A stretch of DNA of 64,000 nucleotides from Candidatus Harrisonbacteria bacterium CG10_big_fil_rev_8_21_14_0_10_40_38 (GCA_002773535.1 PFAZ01000002.1:2285-66284); one strand, 5' to 3'. Counted from the first letter of the stretch, positions 10,129 through 20,415 are shown. Notes: a model not told the origin generated them from the letters alone. Numbers and translations: made by a program.

Positions 10129-10356
10129 TTAAAGCCGCCTAGTAATACGACCCTTGGAAGCATCGTAAGGACTGAGCTCTATCAAAACCCGATCCCCAGG
10201 AAGAATGCGGATCCTATTAAGACGCATCTTACCAGAAAGATAAGCTATTATTTCTACGCCATTTTCAAGACGAACCCGAAATTTTGTTGCGGGAAGTGCT
10301 TCTTCAATCTGGCCTTGTACGCGCAAAACGCCCGAATCCTTCATTGTGTTTACCAA
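10129..10356 (-). CDS. infA: Translation initiation factor IF-1
   Basis: 75 aa with an S1-like OB fold; ...[31 protein letters not shown]... Confidence 0.9.
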   Translation of the reverse strand: MVNTMKDSGVLRVQGQIEEALPATKFRVRLENGVEIIAYLSGKMRLNRIRILPGDRVLIELSPYDASKGRITRRL

Positions 10357-10452
10357 GCTTCAAAAAGCCGAAAACTGCTACTTAAAAAGCAAAAAATGCT
10401 GCATAGAAAGCACTTTTCAGCAGTGTGGCGAGCATATCATAACCATACTAAA

Positions 10453-12000
10453 TCAGTCAACGGTTACGGTTATTTTATCGTCAGATGGCACAGATCTTAC
10501 CCAAAACGGCCACAAAGACACTTGAGCGCTTTCAAGCCCAGGAACAGAAAAGAGTATAGGTTTTATTTCGTCTTCGGTTTTTCCCGCAATACGCCCTTTA
10601 ATATCCTGAATGTCTATATGTTTTGCAAAAATAGCGTCATAGCTTATAGGCAAACCAATATAACCATCATCAATATTAAATTCTGAATCGCCATATTTTA
10701 GCGTTTCACTCTTTACGTCAAATCCATCCCCTGAATCTTTTTCAAAAGACTCATGAAGAAGTTTAAGAACATCAGCTTCTTTAAAAAGCATAAGAGTAAG
10801 AGACCCTTCTGTGGAAATACTAAAAGTTCCATTAGAATCCGATGAAAGGTTAATAACCTGACTCGTAACCTCAAATCGAGTCGCTCCATCAACTAGTGTA
10901 AATCCAGCTGGGAGTTGAGCCTTAACAAGAGACTTTATAGAATCCTCAAGAGTACCACTTGCCTTCTTTTTCGCTTCCTCAAGCTCAGCATCACTAGGAT
11001 ATGGAGCTTCACCAACAAAGCCTCCCGCCATCTGAGAATCACTCGATCCATAAAAATTTTTAAATTTGGGAGTCCCCGCAAAACCGGGTATTGTAAACCG
11101 CTCAACAGGTCCAATGTTATAAGACTCACCTGGTTTATCAGCAACAACTTCCACTTTTATACTTCCCGGTTCAGAAATCTTTCCATCAACAACTTTTGCA
11201 CCAGGAACAACAACTGACTTCGTAATCCTAAAAATCTTTCCATCAGGAGTTTCAAACCTCGTTGTTGCAACTAACGGTTGAGAGTCAGAGCTAAACTCAT
11301 TAAATATCGTTATAATCCCAGAGGCTTTCTGTGAAACTTGTTTCTTGGAAGTCGCAGGGAATGAAAGCTGTAAATTTTTATTTTGAAAAAAAAGCTGACC
11401 TGGAATCGCCAACTTTTCCGGATCAACATCAGAAATATTTTTATCAACACGCACCGAATCGTTATAGTTCCACGAAGCCTTTACCGCAACAATAGAAACA
11501 TCCGCCTTTGGTAGAGCAACAAGACCAAAAACCAAACCACCTAAAACAACCAAAAAAATTATCGAGAGTAAAAAAGTTTTCCGCGAAAACATAGACTTAC
11601 TAGATCTCTGAGTCTTTGAAGAAACACGAGAAGAACCTCTATTACCTCTAATACGCGAAGTTCTTGATGCTACCAACTCTACACGAGAATCAGGCGCAGA
11701 CGATTTCCCATGACTTATATCAGAAAAATGTCTTGGCGGCTCCCCAAAAAACGGATTAAAGCACTCGATATCAAGTGCCTTGCAAAGCTTTAAAACATCA
11801 TCGTCAATTGACTCAACTAAAAGCTGCGTCCCAACAGATTCCGCCTCCCGTTTTAACAAGGAAAAATTGTGATCTGATTCACCTAGCTTAGAAAATCTTG
11901 GAATGGTAAGAAGCACCGCCTCAGCTTTTGCATCAATTATTTTTTCTGCAATAAAAGCCGGTTCATCGCTTTTTCCAATTGTGATTTTATGTACATTCAT
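10453..12000 (-). CDS. Hypothetical bitopic membrane protein: ~150-aa cytoplasmic N-domain, one TM helix, ~340-aa extracytoplasmic domain
   Basis: 515 aa; a Ser/Arg-rich linker, then TM FLLSIIFLVVLGGLVFGLVAL; no family recognised. It occupies the slot upstream of infA where secY-adk-map normally sit. Confidence 0.5.
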   Translation of the reverse strand: MNVHKITIGKSDEPAFIAEKIIDAKAEAVLLTIPRFSKLGESDHNFSLLKREAESVGTQLLVESIDDDVLKLCKALDIECFNPFFGEPPRHFSDISHGKSSAPDSRVELVASRTSRIRGNRGSSRVSSKTQRSSKSMFSRKTFLLSIIFLVVLGGLVFGLVALPKADVSIVAVKASWNYNDSVRVDKNISDVDPEKLAIPGQLFFQNKNLQLSFPATSKKQVSQKASGIITIFNEFSSDSQPLVATTRFETPDGKIFRITKSVVVPGAKVVDGKISEPGSIKVEVVADKPGESYNIGPVERFTIPGFAGTPKFKNFYGSSDSQMAGGFVGEAPYPSDAELEEAKKKASGTLEDSIKSLVKAQLPAGFTLVDGATRFEVTSQVINLSSDSNGTFSISTEGSLTLMLFKEADVLKLLHESFEKDSGDGFDVKSETLKYGDSEFNIDDGYIGLPISYDAIFAKHIDIQDIKGRIAGKTEDEIKPILFSVPGLESAQVSLWPFWVRSVPSDDKITVTVD

Positions 12001-12010
12001 AAAAGTTTAT

Positions 12011-13204
12011 CTAAGCAAGCCAATGTGCATGCCTACGGGCAACTTTATTTATTCTATCATTCTGATTTATGAAATAAAACTCAATAAGTGCAGAAAGTGA
12101 TGAAAATAAATGAGGCAGGTCCATTTTTGCATCAAAATCAACATCAAAACCAAGTTTTTCAACAACAGATTTAATATCAGCAGGCAAAATATTAACTTTT
12201 CCGGCAATTTTACTTTTAAAAAATCCCCCAAAAATAAAACTTGGTAGACTATCGCCCGAAGAACCAATCACATAAACCGTCGACAAATTATATTTCTGCA
12301 AAAAATCTTTCAAAGACGAGCCAAATAGAGAAGATTCATTTACAAATATTTCTTCAAATTCTTTCTGCATCCTAGAAGAAAGTGACCCTAAAAGATAACG
12401 ATTTAACATTTCATCTGCCACATATTCAGAAACAGCAAAACTTTTACACAAAGCATCTAAAAAACTTCTAGTACCCCAGCGTATAGTTTCAATATGTGAA
12501 ATAGCGCTTCCATCATAAAAAAAGAAAGAGGTCGAATTTTCTGAAAGCTCAGCAAGGAGAAAACCCGTACTAGAAATAGAACGCCTTAAAATATCAACAA
12601 CCGTAACCCCTCTTTCAACAGTTAAACCAACTTTTGGGAAAGCATCCTTTAGATAAGAAAGAAATTGTTTTGGCATAAACGTTTGCGTAAAATGCACCTC
12701 AATAGATCTCGCAGGAAAACCCATAGGGTTAACCACTCGATGTCCATCAATTTTGATATTTCCAACAGAAGCATCTGTTAAAACAACATCCACATCCCTA
12801 ATATTCATCTTTGCTGCAACAAGTCCCCTCTGCTTGTCAAAAAGACGCCAAATACCCTGCGCCACTTTATTATGTAAATCAGTTTCATCAATATGCGTAT
12901 GCGGAGTGTCTCTTATTAGAGATATTGGCATATGTACAGTTGTTGCATAAGACGAATCAACTGAAAGAACGCACTGAACCTTACTCGGTCTAAATTTAAC
13001 TAGTTTTTTAAAACTTTTACGAATCTCATCCGAAAGCGCAGTCGGATCCAAAATAGATTCTGAAAAAAATGAGCCAATGGGTTTTATAAATTTCTCACCT
13101 TGTTGAAACTTAAAAAGAGTAGCGTAAATATGGGTAGGAAAAATCTCCAAAACAAATACCCTGCGCCAAGAAAAAAATCTTCGAATGCGCTGAAACATTT
13201 GCAT
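12011..13204 (-). CDS. Divergent FtsA/PilM-family actin-fold protein with degenerate nucleotide-binding motifs
   Basis: 397 aa; ...FFFYDGSAISHIETIRWGTRSF... and ...VYVIGSSGDSLP... resemble the FtsA/PilM adenosine and phosphate-2 motifs; the N-terminal DxG motif is not conserved (LEIFPT). Confidence 0.4.
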   Translation of the reverse strand: MQMFQRIRRFFSWRRVFVLEIFPTHIYATLFKFQQGEKFIKPIGSFFSESILDPTALSDEIRKSFKKLVKFRPSKVQCVLSVDSSYATTVHMPISLIRDTPHTHIDETDLHNKVAQGIWRLFDKQRGLVAAKMNIRDVDVVLTDASVGNIKIDGHRVVNPMGFPARSIEVHFTQTFMPKQFLSYLKDAFPKVGLTVERGVTVVDILRRSISSTGFLLAELSENSTSFFFYDGSAISHIETIRWGTRSFLDALCKSFAVSEYVADEMLNRYLLGSLSSRMQKEFEEIFVNESSLFGSSLKDFLQKYNLSTVYVIGSSGDSLPSFIFGGFFKSKIAGKVNILPADIKSVVEKLGFDVDFDAKMDLPHLFSSLSALIEFYFINQNDRINKVARRHAHWLA

Positions 13205-13279
13205 AACCCGTTAATTATACACTCTAAAAAATCATGCCTCTAGCTTTAATAAAAGCCTGATATCATATAATTTATAAAC

Positions 13280-14146
13280 ATGGAAAAACTACTAGCTATA
13301 GACGCAAGCGCCCTACTATACCGATTCTTTCACGCACTTCCCCCACTCACAACACCGGAGGGAGAACCCATACAGGCAATCTATGGCCTCACAAACGTCT
13401 TACTGAAAATTTCTATGTACGAAGGCCCAAAATACATAGCCGCAGCCCTGGATAGACCCGAACCGACTTTCAGAAAAGAAAATTTTGAAAACTATAAAAG
13501 TCACAGACCAAAAGCCTCAAATGACCTAATAAACCAAATAAAAAGAATGCCTGACGTTTTTTCTCTATTTGGCATAAAAACATTAAGCGCAAAAGGATTT
13601 GAAGCAGATGATGTCTTAGGAACACTTGCTGAAAAATTTAAAAAAACTCCAGAACTCAACATAGTCATATTCACAGGCGACCTAGATGCCCTTCAACTTA
13701 TAGAAAAAGACAAAGTAACCTGCAGGATAATAAAAACCGGAGTCAGTGAAGCTGATATATACGACGAAAAAAGGGTTTTTGAAAGATTCGGAATTTATCC
13801 AAAAAACCTAAGAGACTACAAAGCCCTAACCGGAGACTCATCCGACAACATCCCAGGAATTCCCGGCATAGGTCAAAAAACAGCCGCCGAGCTTATCAAG
13901 GATTTTGAAAATATCGAAGGCATATATGAAAATCTGGTAATTATAAATTCAAAAGTTGCAAAAAAACTCGAAAACAAAGAAAAAGATGCGCTTCTTTACC
14001 GAGATTTAGTAACAATCAGAAGAGATGTAAAAGAAGTAGAAGAAATAAAACTCGAAGAATTAAAAACACCGCCCCTAGATAAAGAAAATTTAAAAAAATA
14101 TTGTGAAGACATGGGTTTTGAAAGTCTCATAAAAAAACTTAAGTAA
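13280..14146 (+). CDS. 5'-3' exonuclease (FEN / Pol I N-terminal domain family), stand-alone
   Basis: 288 aa: ...LLAIDASALLYRFFHA...; an H3TH region GIPGIGQKTAAELI. Confidence 0.8.
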   Translation: MEKLLAIDASALLYRFFHALPPLTTPEGEPIQAIYGLTNVLLKISMYEGPKYIAAALDRPEPTFRKENFENYKSHRPKASNDLINQIKRMPDVFSLFGIKTLSAKGFEADDVLGTLAEKFKKTPELNIVIFTGDLDALQLIEKDKVTCRIIKTGVSEADIYDEKRVFERFGIYPKNLRDYKALTGDSSDNIPGIPGIGQKTAAELIKDFENIEGIYENLVIINSKVAKKLENKEKDALLYRDLVTIRRDVKEVEEIKLEELKTPPLDKENLKKYCEDMGFESLIKKLK

Positions 14147-14186
14147 TACACTCACAACTTCAAACAAGGTGTAGTATCATTGAGTC

Positions 14187-15479
14187 ATGAAATATGGTTT
14201 TGAAATAATGAACCTTGGTATACTCGTACTCATTACGGCCGCTCTTTTTCTTGGTATTTGGCAATTACCATCAGAGTACAAGGTTCTCAACACCGTAGTA
14301 CTCCTCGCAGCAGCTCTTATTCTCACAATTCCAAACATAAAAAGAAAAGATCCAAAAAAAACAGAAAAAGAATATCTCGAAAAAATCGTTGATACTCTAG
14401 CCGAAGGAGTCATAGTTTATGATGAAAACTTTAAAGTTCTCGTATGGAACAGCGCTTCTGAAAAAATTTTTAAATTAAGTAAAAAAGAGATACTAGGCCA
14501 ATCATTTACATTAAAAATCAAAAAAGACGCCTCCTTAAGATACAGCCGCCTCTTAACAATACTCTTTCCCGCCCTCGCAACATCGATAATCCGCAGATCA
14601 GATCCAGGCGTCTTCCCGCAAGTTGTCGACATTTCATTCGATAATCCTCCATTAGATCTTCGAGTCGTAACCCATAGAATCACAAATGAAATTGGCAAAA
14701 CAAAAGGATTTGCAAAGGTCATCATCGACAGAACACGAGAAATAACCCTCCTTCAGTCAAAAAGCGATTTTATCACTGTCGCATCCCACCAATTACAAAC
14801 ACCTATATCCGGACTATCTTGGGCAATTTCAAATATTCAAGAAGAACCACTTAGTGAAAACCAAAAAAGCCTAGTCGCCAACATGGCCGGAGCAGTAAAT
14901 CGTCTTGTAAAAATAGTTACAGACCTTCTCGATGTCGCAAATATCGAGAAAGCTAGGTTTGGTTACCACTTTGAATCACAAAACCTTATTAGCTTCATTG
15001 AAGAAGCATTAGTAAGCGCAAAACCCATCGCAGAACAATACAACGTAAAACTATACTTCGAAAAGCCTAATGATATCGAAATAAAAGCCATGATAGATCC
15101 TCCAAAACTAGGAATTGTCCTGAGAAACCTTTTAGACAATGCAATCAAATACAACATCCCCAACGGCGAAGTTGTGGTAAGCATCGCCCCAATGAAAGAC
15201 AAGCCCTACGTCGAAATAAGTGTTCGCGACACAGGTATTGGTATCCCAGAAGAACAAATGGGTAAAGTATTTACTCGATTCTTCCGAGGAGAAAACGCCA
15301 TGAAATCAGTTGTTGAAGGAACTGGTTTAGGACTATATATCGCAAAACACATAATCCGCGCCCATGGCGGAGAAATAGGTGTCGCTTCCACGATCAACAG
15401 AGGAAGCACATTTTCGTTTACTCTTCCACTCGATCCAAAACTAGTTCCACAAAAAGAAATTTTCTACGATGAAGAATAA
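14187..15479 (+). CDS. Sensor histidine kinase (2 TM, PAS-like, HisKA, HATPase_c)
   Basis: H-box VASHQLQTPISG; N, G1 and G2 boxes NLLDNAIKYN...RDTGIGIPEE...GTGLGLYIAKHII. No response regulator is adjacent. Confidence 0.85.
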   Translation: MKYGFEIMNLGILVLITAALFLGIWQLPSEYKVLNTVVLLAAALILTIPNIKRKDPKKTEKEYLEKIVDTLAEGVIVYDENFKVLVWNSASEKIFKLSKKEILGQSFTLKIKKDASLRYSRLLTILFPALATSIIRRSDPGVFPQVVDISFDNPPLDLRVVTHRITNEIGKTKGFAKVIIDRTREITLLQSKSDFITVASHQLQTPISGLSWAISNIQEEPLSENQKSLVANMAGAVNRLVKIVTDLLDVANIEKARFGYHFESQNLISFIEEALVSAKPIAEQYNVKLYFEKPNDIEIKAMIDPPKLGIVLRNLLDNAIKYNIPNGEVVVSIAPMKDKPYVEISVRDTGIGIPEEQMGKVFTRFFRGENAMKSVVEGTGLGLYIAKHIIRAHGGEIGVASTINRGSTFSFTLPLDPKLVPQKEIFYDEE

Positions 15480-15607
15480 TACTTTAGCCACTAGAAATTA
15501 GCCAATAGCCGCTAGAAAATAGAACTTTATTGTTAAGATAAATCAAGAAAATAGTGATATACTCTCACGAAACTAATGACTAAACCCTAGTCGCTAGCAG
15601 CTAAAAT

Positions 15608-16444
15608 ATGCCCGAGCTCCCAGAAGTTCAAACAATGGTCAGCGACTTAAATAAAAAAATCTTAAACCGCAAAATAACCGGCTTCTGGTCAGATACCCCA
15701 AGAATCTTCAGATATACCACCATAGAAAAAATCTCAAAAGAAATACCGGAATTTAAAATAACTGAAATAACAAGAAGGGCAAAATACATCTTAATTCACT
15801 TAAAACGCAAAAAAGAAAACAAACTGCTTGCAATTCACCCCAAGCTTACCGGCCACCTACTTATCAAAAACGCAAAAGAAAAAGAAAACCCAAAAAGCTA
15901 CATAAGAGCCAAATTTTTTCTTGATAAAAACTTGGTACTTTCTTTTTCAGACCTAAGAAAATTCGGGAAAATCATGTTCGGCAACAAAGAAGAAATTGAG
16001 AACCTTCCAGACTTAAAAAACCTCGGGCCAGAACCTATTGGGCTAAACCCAAAAATATTTACACAAATAATCTCAAAAAAGAAAAAAGCTATTAAACAAG
16101 TCCTTCTCGACCCAGAAACAATATCCGGTATAGGAAATATTTATTCCGACGAAGCGCTATGGATGTCAAAGATCCATCCATTTAGAGCCGCAAATACACT
16201 CACGAATACAGAATTCAAAAAACTTCACAAATCAATCAAAGAAGTTCTTATAAAGTCCATTGCTCTACGCGGCTCATCAATCAGAAACTATCGCGATACT
16301 GAAGGCAAAGAAGGCGGATATAAAGCAGTTCGCAAAGTCTACAGCCGCGAAGGACTTCCTTGTTATAGATGCAAAACGCCAATAACCAGAGTCAAAATGG
16401 GCGTCCGTTCAGCAAGATTTTGCCCAACCTGCCAAAAAATATAA
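15608..16444 (+). CDS. mutM: Formamidopyrimidine-DNA glycosylase
   Basis: Starts MPELPEV; C-terminal zinc finger CYRCKTPI...CPTCQK. Confidence 0.9.
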   Translation: MPELPEVQTMVSDLNKKILNRKITGFWSDTPRIFRYTTIEKISKEIPEFKITEITRRAKYILIHLKRKKENKLLAIHPKLTGHLLIKNAKEKENPKSYIRAKFFLDKNLVLSFSDLRKFGKIMFGNKEEIENLPDLKNLGPEPIGLNPKIFTQIISKKKKAIKQVLLDPETISGIGNIYSDEALWMSKIHPFRAANTLTNTEFKKLHKSIKEVLIKSIALRGSSIRNYRDTEGKEGGYKAVRKVYSREGLPCYRCKTPITRVKMGVRSARFCPTCQKI

Positions 16445-16446
16445 AT

Positions 16447-18201
16447 TTATTCCACCACTCCCCTGATTCTCCTCAGTCCCGCTCCAACAGATTCTTCTTT
16501 TTTTATCCTAAAATGACCAATTTCCCCTGTATGGGTTACATGCGGTCCTCCGCAAAACTCTTTTGAAAACGCGCTATCTATATCTTTTCCAACAAAATAA
16601 ACATTAACCGGATCAGGATATTTTTCTTTAAAGAAATAAAGAGCACCCGTTTTTTCCGCTTCCTCTTTTGGCATAATAATTTTCTGCACTGGTAAATCCT
16701 CCGCTATTACATCATTTACCAGTTTTTCAACCTTAGAAATTTCCTCCGGTGTAAGTTTTCTAGGGAAAGTAAAATCAAACCTTGTTCTATCAACAGTTAT
16801 ATCAGATCCCGCCTGACCGACTTCAGACCCCAAAACCTTTCTAAGCGCCGCCTGCAAAAGATGTGTGGCAGTGTGAAGTCTCAAAACTTTTTTAAGCTCC
16901 TCTTCATTGCCCGCTTTCAACTCACCCGTGTCGAGAATGAGCCCATGCCCGCCAAACTTTTTCTCTTGCCCAGCCCGAGAAATTTCTTGGTGTTTTTCAA
17001 ATTCCTTATCAAAATCTTCTCTGGTTAAATTTTTTGCTTTTTCAGAACCAACTTCTTTTATAACCTCATAAGGCAATCCATAAGTAGAAAAAAGAGAAAA
17101 AGCAGACACAGCATCAATGTTTTGAAGTTTTTCAAGCTCCTTTATTCCCTTGTCTAATGTTTCCAAAAACTTTTTTCGCTCTTCAGAGAAAACCTCTAAA
17201 ATCAATTCTTTTGAAAGATTGTCATAAAAATCTCCATATTCACGCACAACGCCACCAAGAAGAATATTTGAATCAAATTTATATTTTTCAGAATACATAA
17301 CAAACCTCCTCACAAGTCGTCTCAAAACATAGCCAGCATCTTTATTTGACGGCCTAACTCCATCACTTATCAAAAAAACAATACCTCGCGCATGATCAGC
17401 GGCAATCCTCCTAATCTTTATAGGCATCTCCAACGAGATCTCACTTAAAAAAGAAGCGAACAAATCCGTATCAAAAATAGTCGGAACGTCTTGAGAAACC
17501 ATTACAAGCCGCTCCAGCCCCATTCCGGTATCAACTCCCTGAATTTTGAGAGGAGTTAGTTTCTTTAATGAATCACAGTAAAACTGATTAAAAACAATAT
17601 TCCAAACCTCCACAGGAGGTTTGCCCTGAGCCTGTCGAAGAGCACCATTCACATAAATTTCTGTTGTTGGCCCGCATGGACCCTCACTGCCGGTCGGACC
17701 CCAGAAATTATCAACGCCCTCTCGCCTCACATCCACCTCTGGAGCAATTTTTTTCCAAAAGTTGTATGATTCCTCATCAAACGGAACTCCGGCCCTCCAG
17801 TCGTCGTGAGAAACCTTTTTGGGGTCAAAAACTGTAACATAGTCAATTTCAAGACCCATCACCTTAGTAATAAACTCATACCCATATCTAATCGCCTCCT
17901 CCTTGAAATATCCCCCAAAAGAAAAATTTCCAAACATCTCAAAAAAAGTAAGGTGACTTTCATCTCCTACTTCATCAATATCAGAAGTTCTAAAACTCTT
18001 CTGAATCGAAGTCGTATTAAGACTTCCAAAATCTTTTTCTGCGTCCAACTCCCCCGTAAAATACTTTTTAAATTGTTGCATTCCGGCAGTCGTAAGAAGC
18101 ACCGATGGATCATCCGGCACAAGAGAACTAGAGGTAACAACCTTGTGCCCCCTCTCCTCAAAAAAACTTAAAAATTTCTGCCTGATTTCTCGGGAATTCA
18201 T
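16447..18201 (-). CDS. alaS: Alanyl-tRNA synthetase, short form (584 aa; catalytic and editing domains, no C-Ala domain)
   Basis: MNSREIRQKFLSFFEERGH...FTNAGM-like core; the editing HxxxH motif HTATHLLQAAL and a CxxxH motif near the C-terminus. Confidence 0.9.
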   Translation of the reverse strand: MNSREIRQKFLSFFEERGHKVVTSSSLVPDDPSVLLTTAGMQQFKKYFTGELDAEKDFGSLNTTSIQKSFRTSDIDEVGDESHLTFFEMFGNFSFGGYFKEEAIRYGYEFITKVMGLEIDYVTVFDPKKVSHDDWRAGVPFDEESYNFWKKIAPEVDVRREGVDNFWGPTGSEGPCGPTTEIYVNGALRQAQGKPPVEVWNIVFNQFYCDSLKKLTPLKIQGVDTGMGLERLVMVSQDVPTIFDTDLFASFLSEISLEMPIKIRRIAADHARGIVFLISDGVRPSNKDAGYVLRRLVRRFVMYSEKYKFDSNILLGGVVREYGDFYDNLSKELILEVFSEERKKFLETLDKGIKELEKLQNIDAVSAFSLFSTYGLPYEVIKEVGSEKAKNLTREDFDKEFEKHQEISRAGQEKKFGGHGLILDTGELKAGNEEELKKVLRLHTATHLLQAALRKVLGSEVGQAGSDITVDRTRFDFTFPRKLTPEEISKVEKLVNDVIAEDLPVQKIIMPKEEAEKTGALYFFKEKYPDPVNVYFVGKDIDSAFSKEFCGGPHVTHTGEIGHFRIKKEESVGAGLRRIRGVVE

Positions 18202-18228
18202 AAAACACCTAAAACAAATCTTATTCTT

Positions 18229-19098
18229 TTATTCAATTTCAATCGGCAAAGCTGACGAAGGCAATTTTGAAGGTGCCTCCTCATCAAAAACTGCTCTATT
18301 GCTTTTACTAGAAGAATCAGGAAGTTGTCCATCATCATCAAAAACAGGAAGTAAGTCTTCTATGTCATTCAAAGAATTATCTTCCGAATCGATATCACCA
18401 AATACAGGAACCACCGCATACGGCAAAAACGAATCCCTTATACCAGCAAGATCCATATTTAGTGAAGAATCCAACGATTTCTCAGAAATTTCTGAAACAA
18501 CTCCATAAAACTTAGCTCTCTCTTCCGATTCTAAAGATTCGGAGTTTTGAAGAAGCGCTTTCTGTAGCCTGAAAGAAAATGCGGACATAGGTTCAAGTCT
18601 TTCTGGAATAGAAAGTAAAATATCATCAATTCTTTCCCGAACAGACTTAAGTTCGTTGTCATCTGAAAAATATTCAGATTCAAGACCAATAAAAAATAAA
18701 TTATGCCTTATAGTCGCATCTACAACCCTATCCAAAAGAGCGCTCACGTTCTTGTCATCGCTCGTCCCAGAAAGTGAATCCAAGCTATCAGCAAGATTTA
18801 CAAGCTGATCCTTATAATTCATAACCCCCTTCGACAAAACCTCCTTATCATCTGGGATAATCTCGGTAAGCTTTTCAAGTTCTAAAACCTTATCATCTGA
18901 TATCGAAAGTTCAAGGTCTACTTTCCTGATTTCCTTAAAAGTAAACACACGGTGGATACTCCTTCTAAATTCCTTAAAAAAATAAAAGGGATTTGTAGGT
19001 AATAAGCCAACAATTTTACCCTCTGCCGCCGATGAAATCGCTGGCAAACTAAGTAAAAAAAACACCAAAAACGCTAAAAAACCAATATATTTTCTCAT
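18229..19098 (-). CDS. Hypothetical secreted acidic protein (signal peptide)
   Basis: 289 aa; N-terminal MRKYIGFLAFLVFFLLSLPAISSAA; rich in Asp/Glu/Ser. Confidence 0.5.
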   Translation of the reverse strand: MRKYIGFLAFLVFFLLSLPAISSAAEGKIVGLLPTNPFYFFKEFRRSIHRVFTFKEIRKVDLELSISDDKVLELEKLTEIIPDDKEVLSKGVMNYKDQLVNLADSLDSLSGTSDDKNVSALLDRVVDATIRHNLFFIGLESEYFSDDNELKSVRERIDDILLSIPERLEPMSAFSFRLQKALLQNSESLESEERAKFYGVVSEISEKSLDSSLNMDLAGIRDSFLPYAVVPVFGDIDSEDNSLNDIEDLLPVFDDDGQLPDSSSKSNRAVFDEEAPSKLPSSALPIEIE

Positions 19099-19160
19099 AT
19101 TTTATTTCCACTAAATATACCAGAAAAACCCAAAAGGAGCAATATCGCGAGGGATCAATA

Positions 19161-20384
19161 TTAGTACCCCTCGAGCATGTAAGCTTTCCTGTGTTCTCTT
19201 ATCTTATCAAGTGCCTTTGCCTCAATTTGCCTGATTCTTTCCCTAGTAACCTTAAACTTCTTGCCAACCTCCTCAAGCGTGTGTGGAATATTGTCATCAA
19301 GACCAAACCTCATTTTTAAAATCATCTGCTCACGAGGTGGAAGGTCATCTAATATCTCACGAATTTTTTCCTTCAAAAGACCTTGGGACGCGATTTGTGA
19401 AGGAGTAAGATTTCTTTCATCAGGAATAAACTCGGCAAGAAGCGAGTCTTCATCACTATCCCCTACAGGAGCCTCGAGAGAAACAACCTCTTGAGAAATC
19501 TTCTGTATATGGTGAATCTTAGAAAGAGGCATATCCATTTCAACCGCAATCTCTTCAGGAAGCGGTGGTCGTCCCAATTCCTGCATAAGCTGCCTCTTTG
19601 TTTGTGTATATTTCGCAATCGTCTCAACCATATGGACCGGAATACGAATAGTTCGCGATTGATCTGCAAGGGCTCTCGTTACCGCCTGCCTGATCCACCA
19701 AGTCGCATACGTAGAAAATTTAAACCCTCTTCTATAATCAAATTTATCAACTGCTCGAGAAAGCCCAATATTGCCTTCCTGTATAAGATCCAATAGCGAA
19801 AGATTTGGACTCCTATGAACATATCTCTTTGCAATAGAAACAACTAAACGAAGGTTAGCCTGAATAAATTTCCATCTTGAATCCTCATCACCTGCCTCAA
19901 TTTTTTTTGCCAGATCCTTTTCTTCCTGCGAAGTCAAAAGCGGTGTTTTGCCGATTTCTCTCAAATACATCTGAACAGAATCAGGCAACTCGTTCATATT
20001 TGAAACATTAAGAACGTCTTCCAATTCTTTCACGCTAACCTCATCATCTTTTGGAATTTCGATGAGCTGACTTGTCTCCACAACCTTAATATTTGCTTTT
20101 TCCAACTCGTCATAAACTCTCTCCAAAAACGCAACATCCTCCTCTATATTTGGGAAATAATGAAGAAGCTCCCCGTCCGTAACAAAGCCTCTATTTTTTC
20201 CTCTTGCAACCAACTCTTGAAGAGCCTGTTCATTTATCTCAAGAAGTTTCTCTGCCTTTTTTGAAACTTTTGCAGAAACCGGTTTTTTTAACTTGCTCTG
20301 CTTCTTTGTCTTCTTTAAGACCTTCGGCTTAACCGAAGTCTTTTTTACAACCTTTTTTACTTGTTTTTTCTTTTTTTGTGGCAT
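19161..20384 (-). CDS. rpoD: RNA polymerase primary sigma factor (sigma-70 family) with a Lys-rich N-terminal extension
   Basis: Regions 2-4 are conserved (...[25 protein letters not shown]..., ...[20 protein letters not shown]...); the N-terminus is [34 protein letters not shown]. Confidence 0.9.
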   Translation of the reverse strand: MPQKKKKQVKKVVKKTSVKPKVLKKTKKQSKLKKPVSAKVSKKAEKLLEINEQALQELVARGKNRGFVTDGELLHYFPNIEEDVAFLERVYDELEKANIKVVETSQLIEIPKDDEVSVKELEDVLNVSNMNELPDSVQMYLREIGKTPLLTSQEEKDLAKKIEAGDEDSRWKFIQANLRLVVSIAKRYVHRSPNLSLLDLIQEGNIGLSRAVDKFDYRRGFKFSTYATWWIRQAVTRALADQSRTIRIPVHMVETIAKYTQTKRQLMQELGRPPLPEEIAVEMDMPLSKIHHIQKISQEVVSLEAPVGDSDEDSLLAEFIPDERNLTPSQIASQGLLKEKIREILDDLPPREQMILKMRFGLDDNIPHTLEEVGKKFKVTRERIRQIEAKALDKIREHRKAYMLEGY

Positions 20385-20415
20385 AGCATTTTTTATTAAA
20401 AAATAAACAAGAAAC

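Noticed and set aside
10033-10686. 217-aa plus-strand ORF
   Set aside because: It lies antisense to the well-conserved infA and rpmJ genes and to the start of the 515-aa gene. It is low-complexity and has no motif, so it is a spurious antisense ORF.
14177-15409. Several 60-100-aa minus-strand ORFs inside the histidine kinase gene (14177-14413, 14417-14725, 14963-15202, 15206-15409)
   Set aside because: They are antisense to a full-length, motif-complete histidine kinase and have no features of their own.
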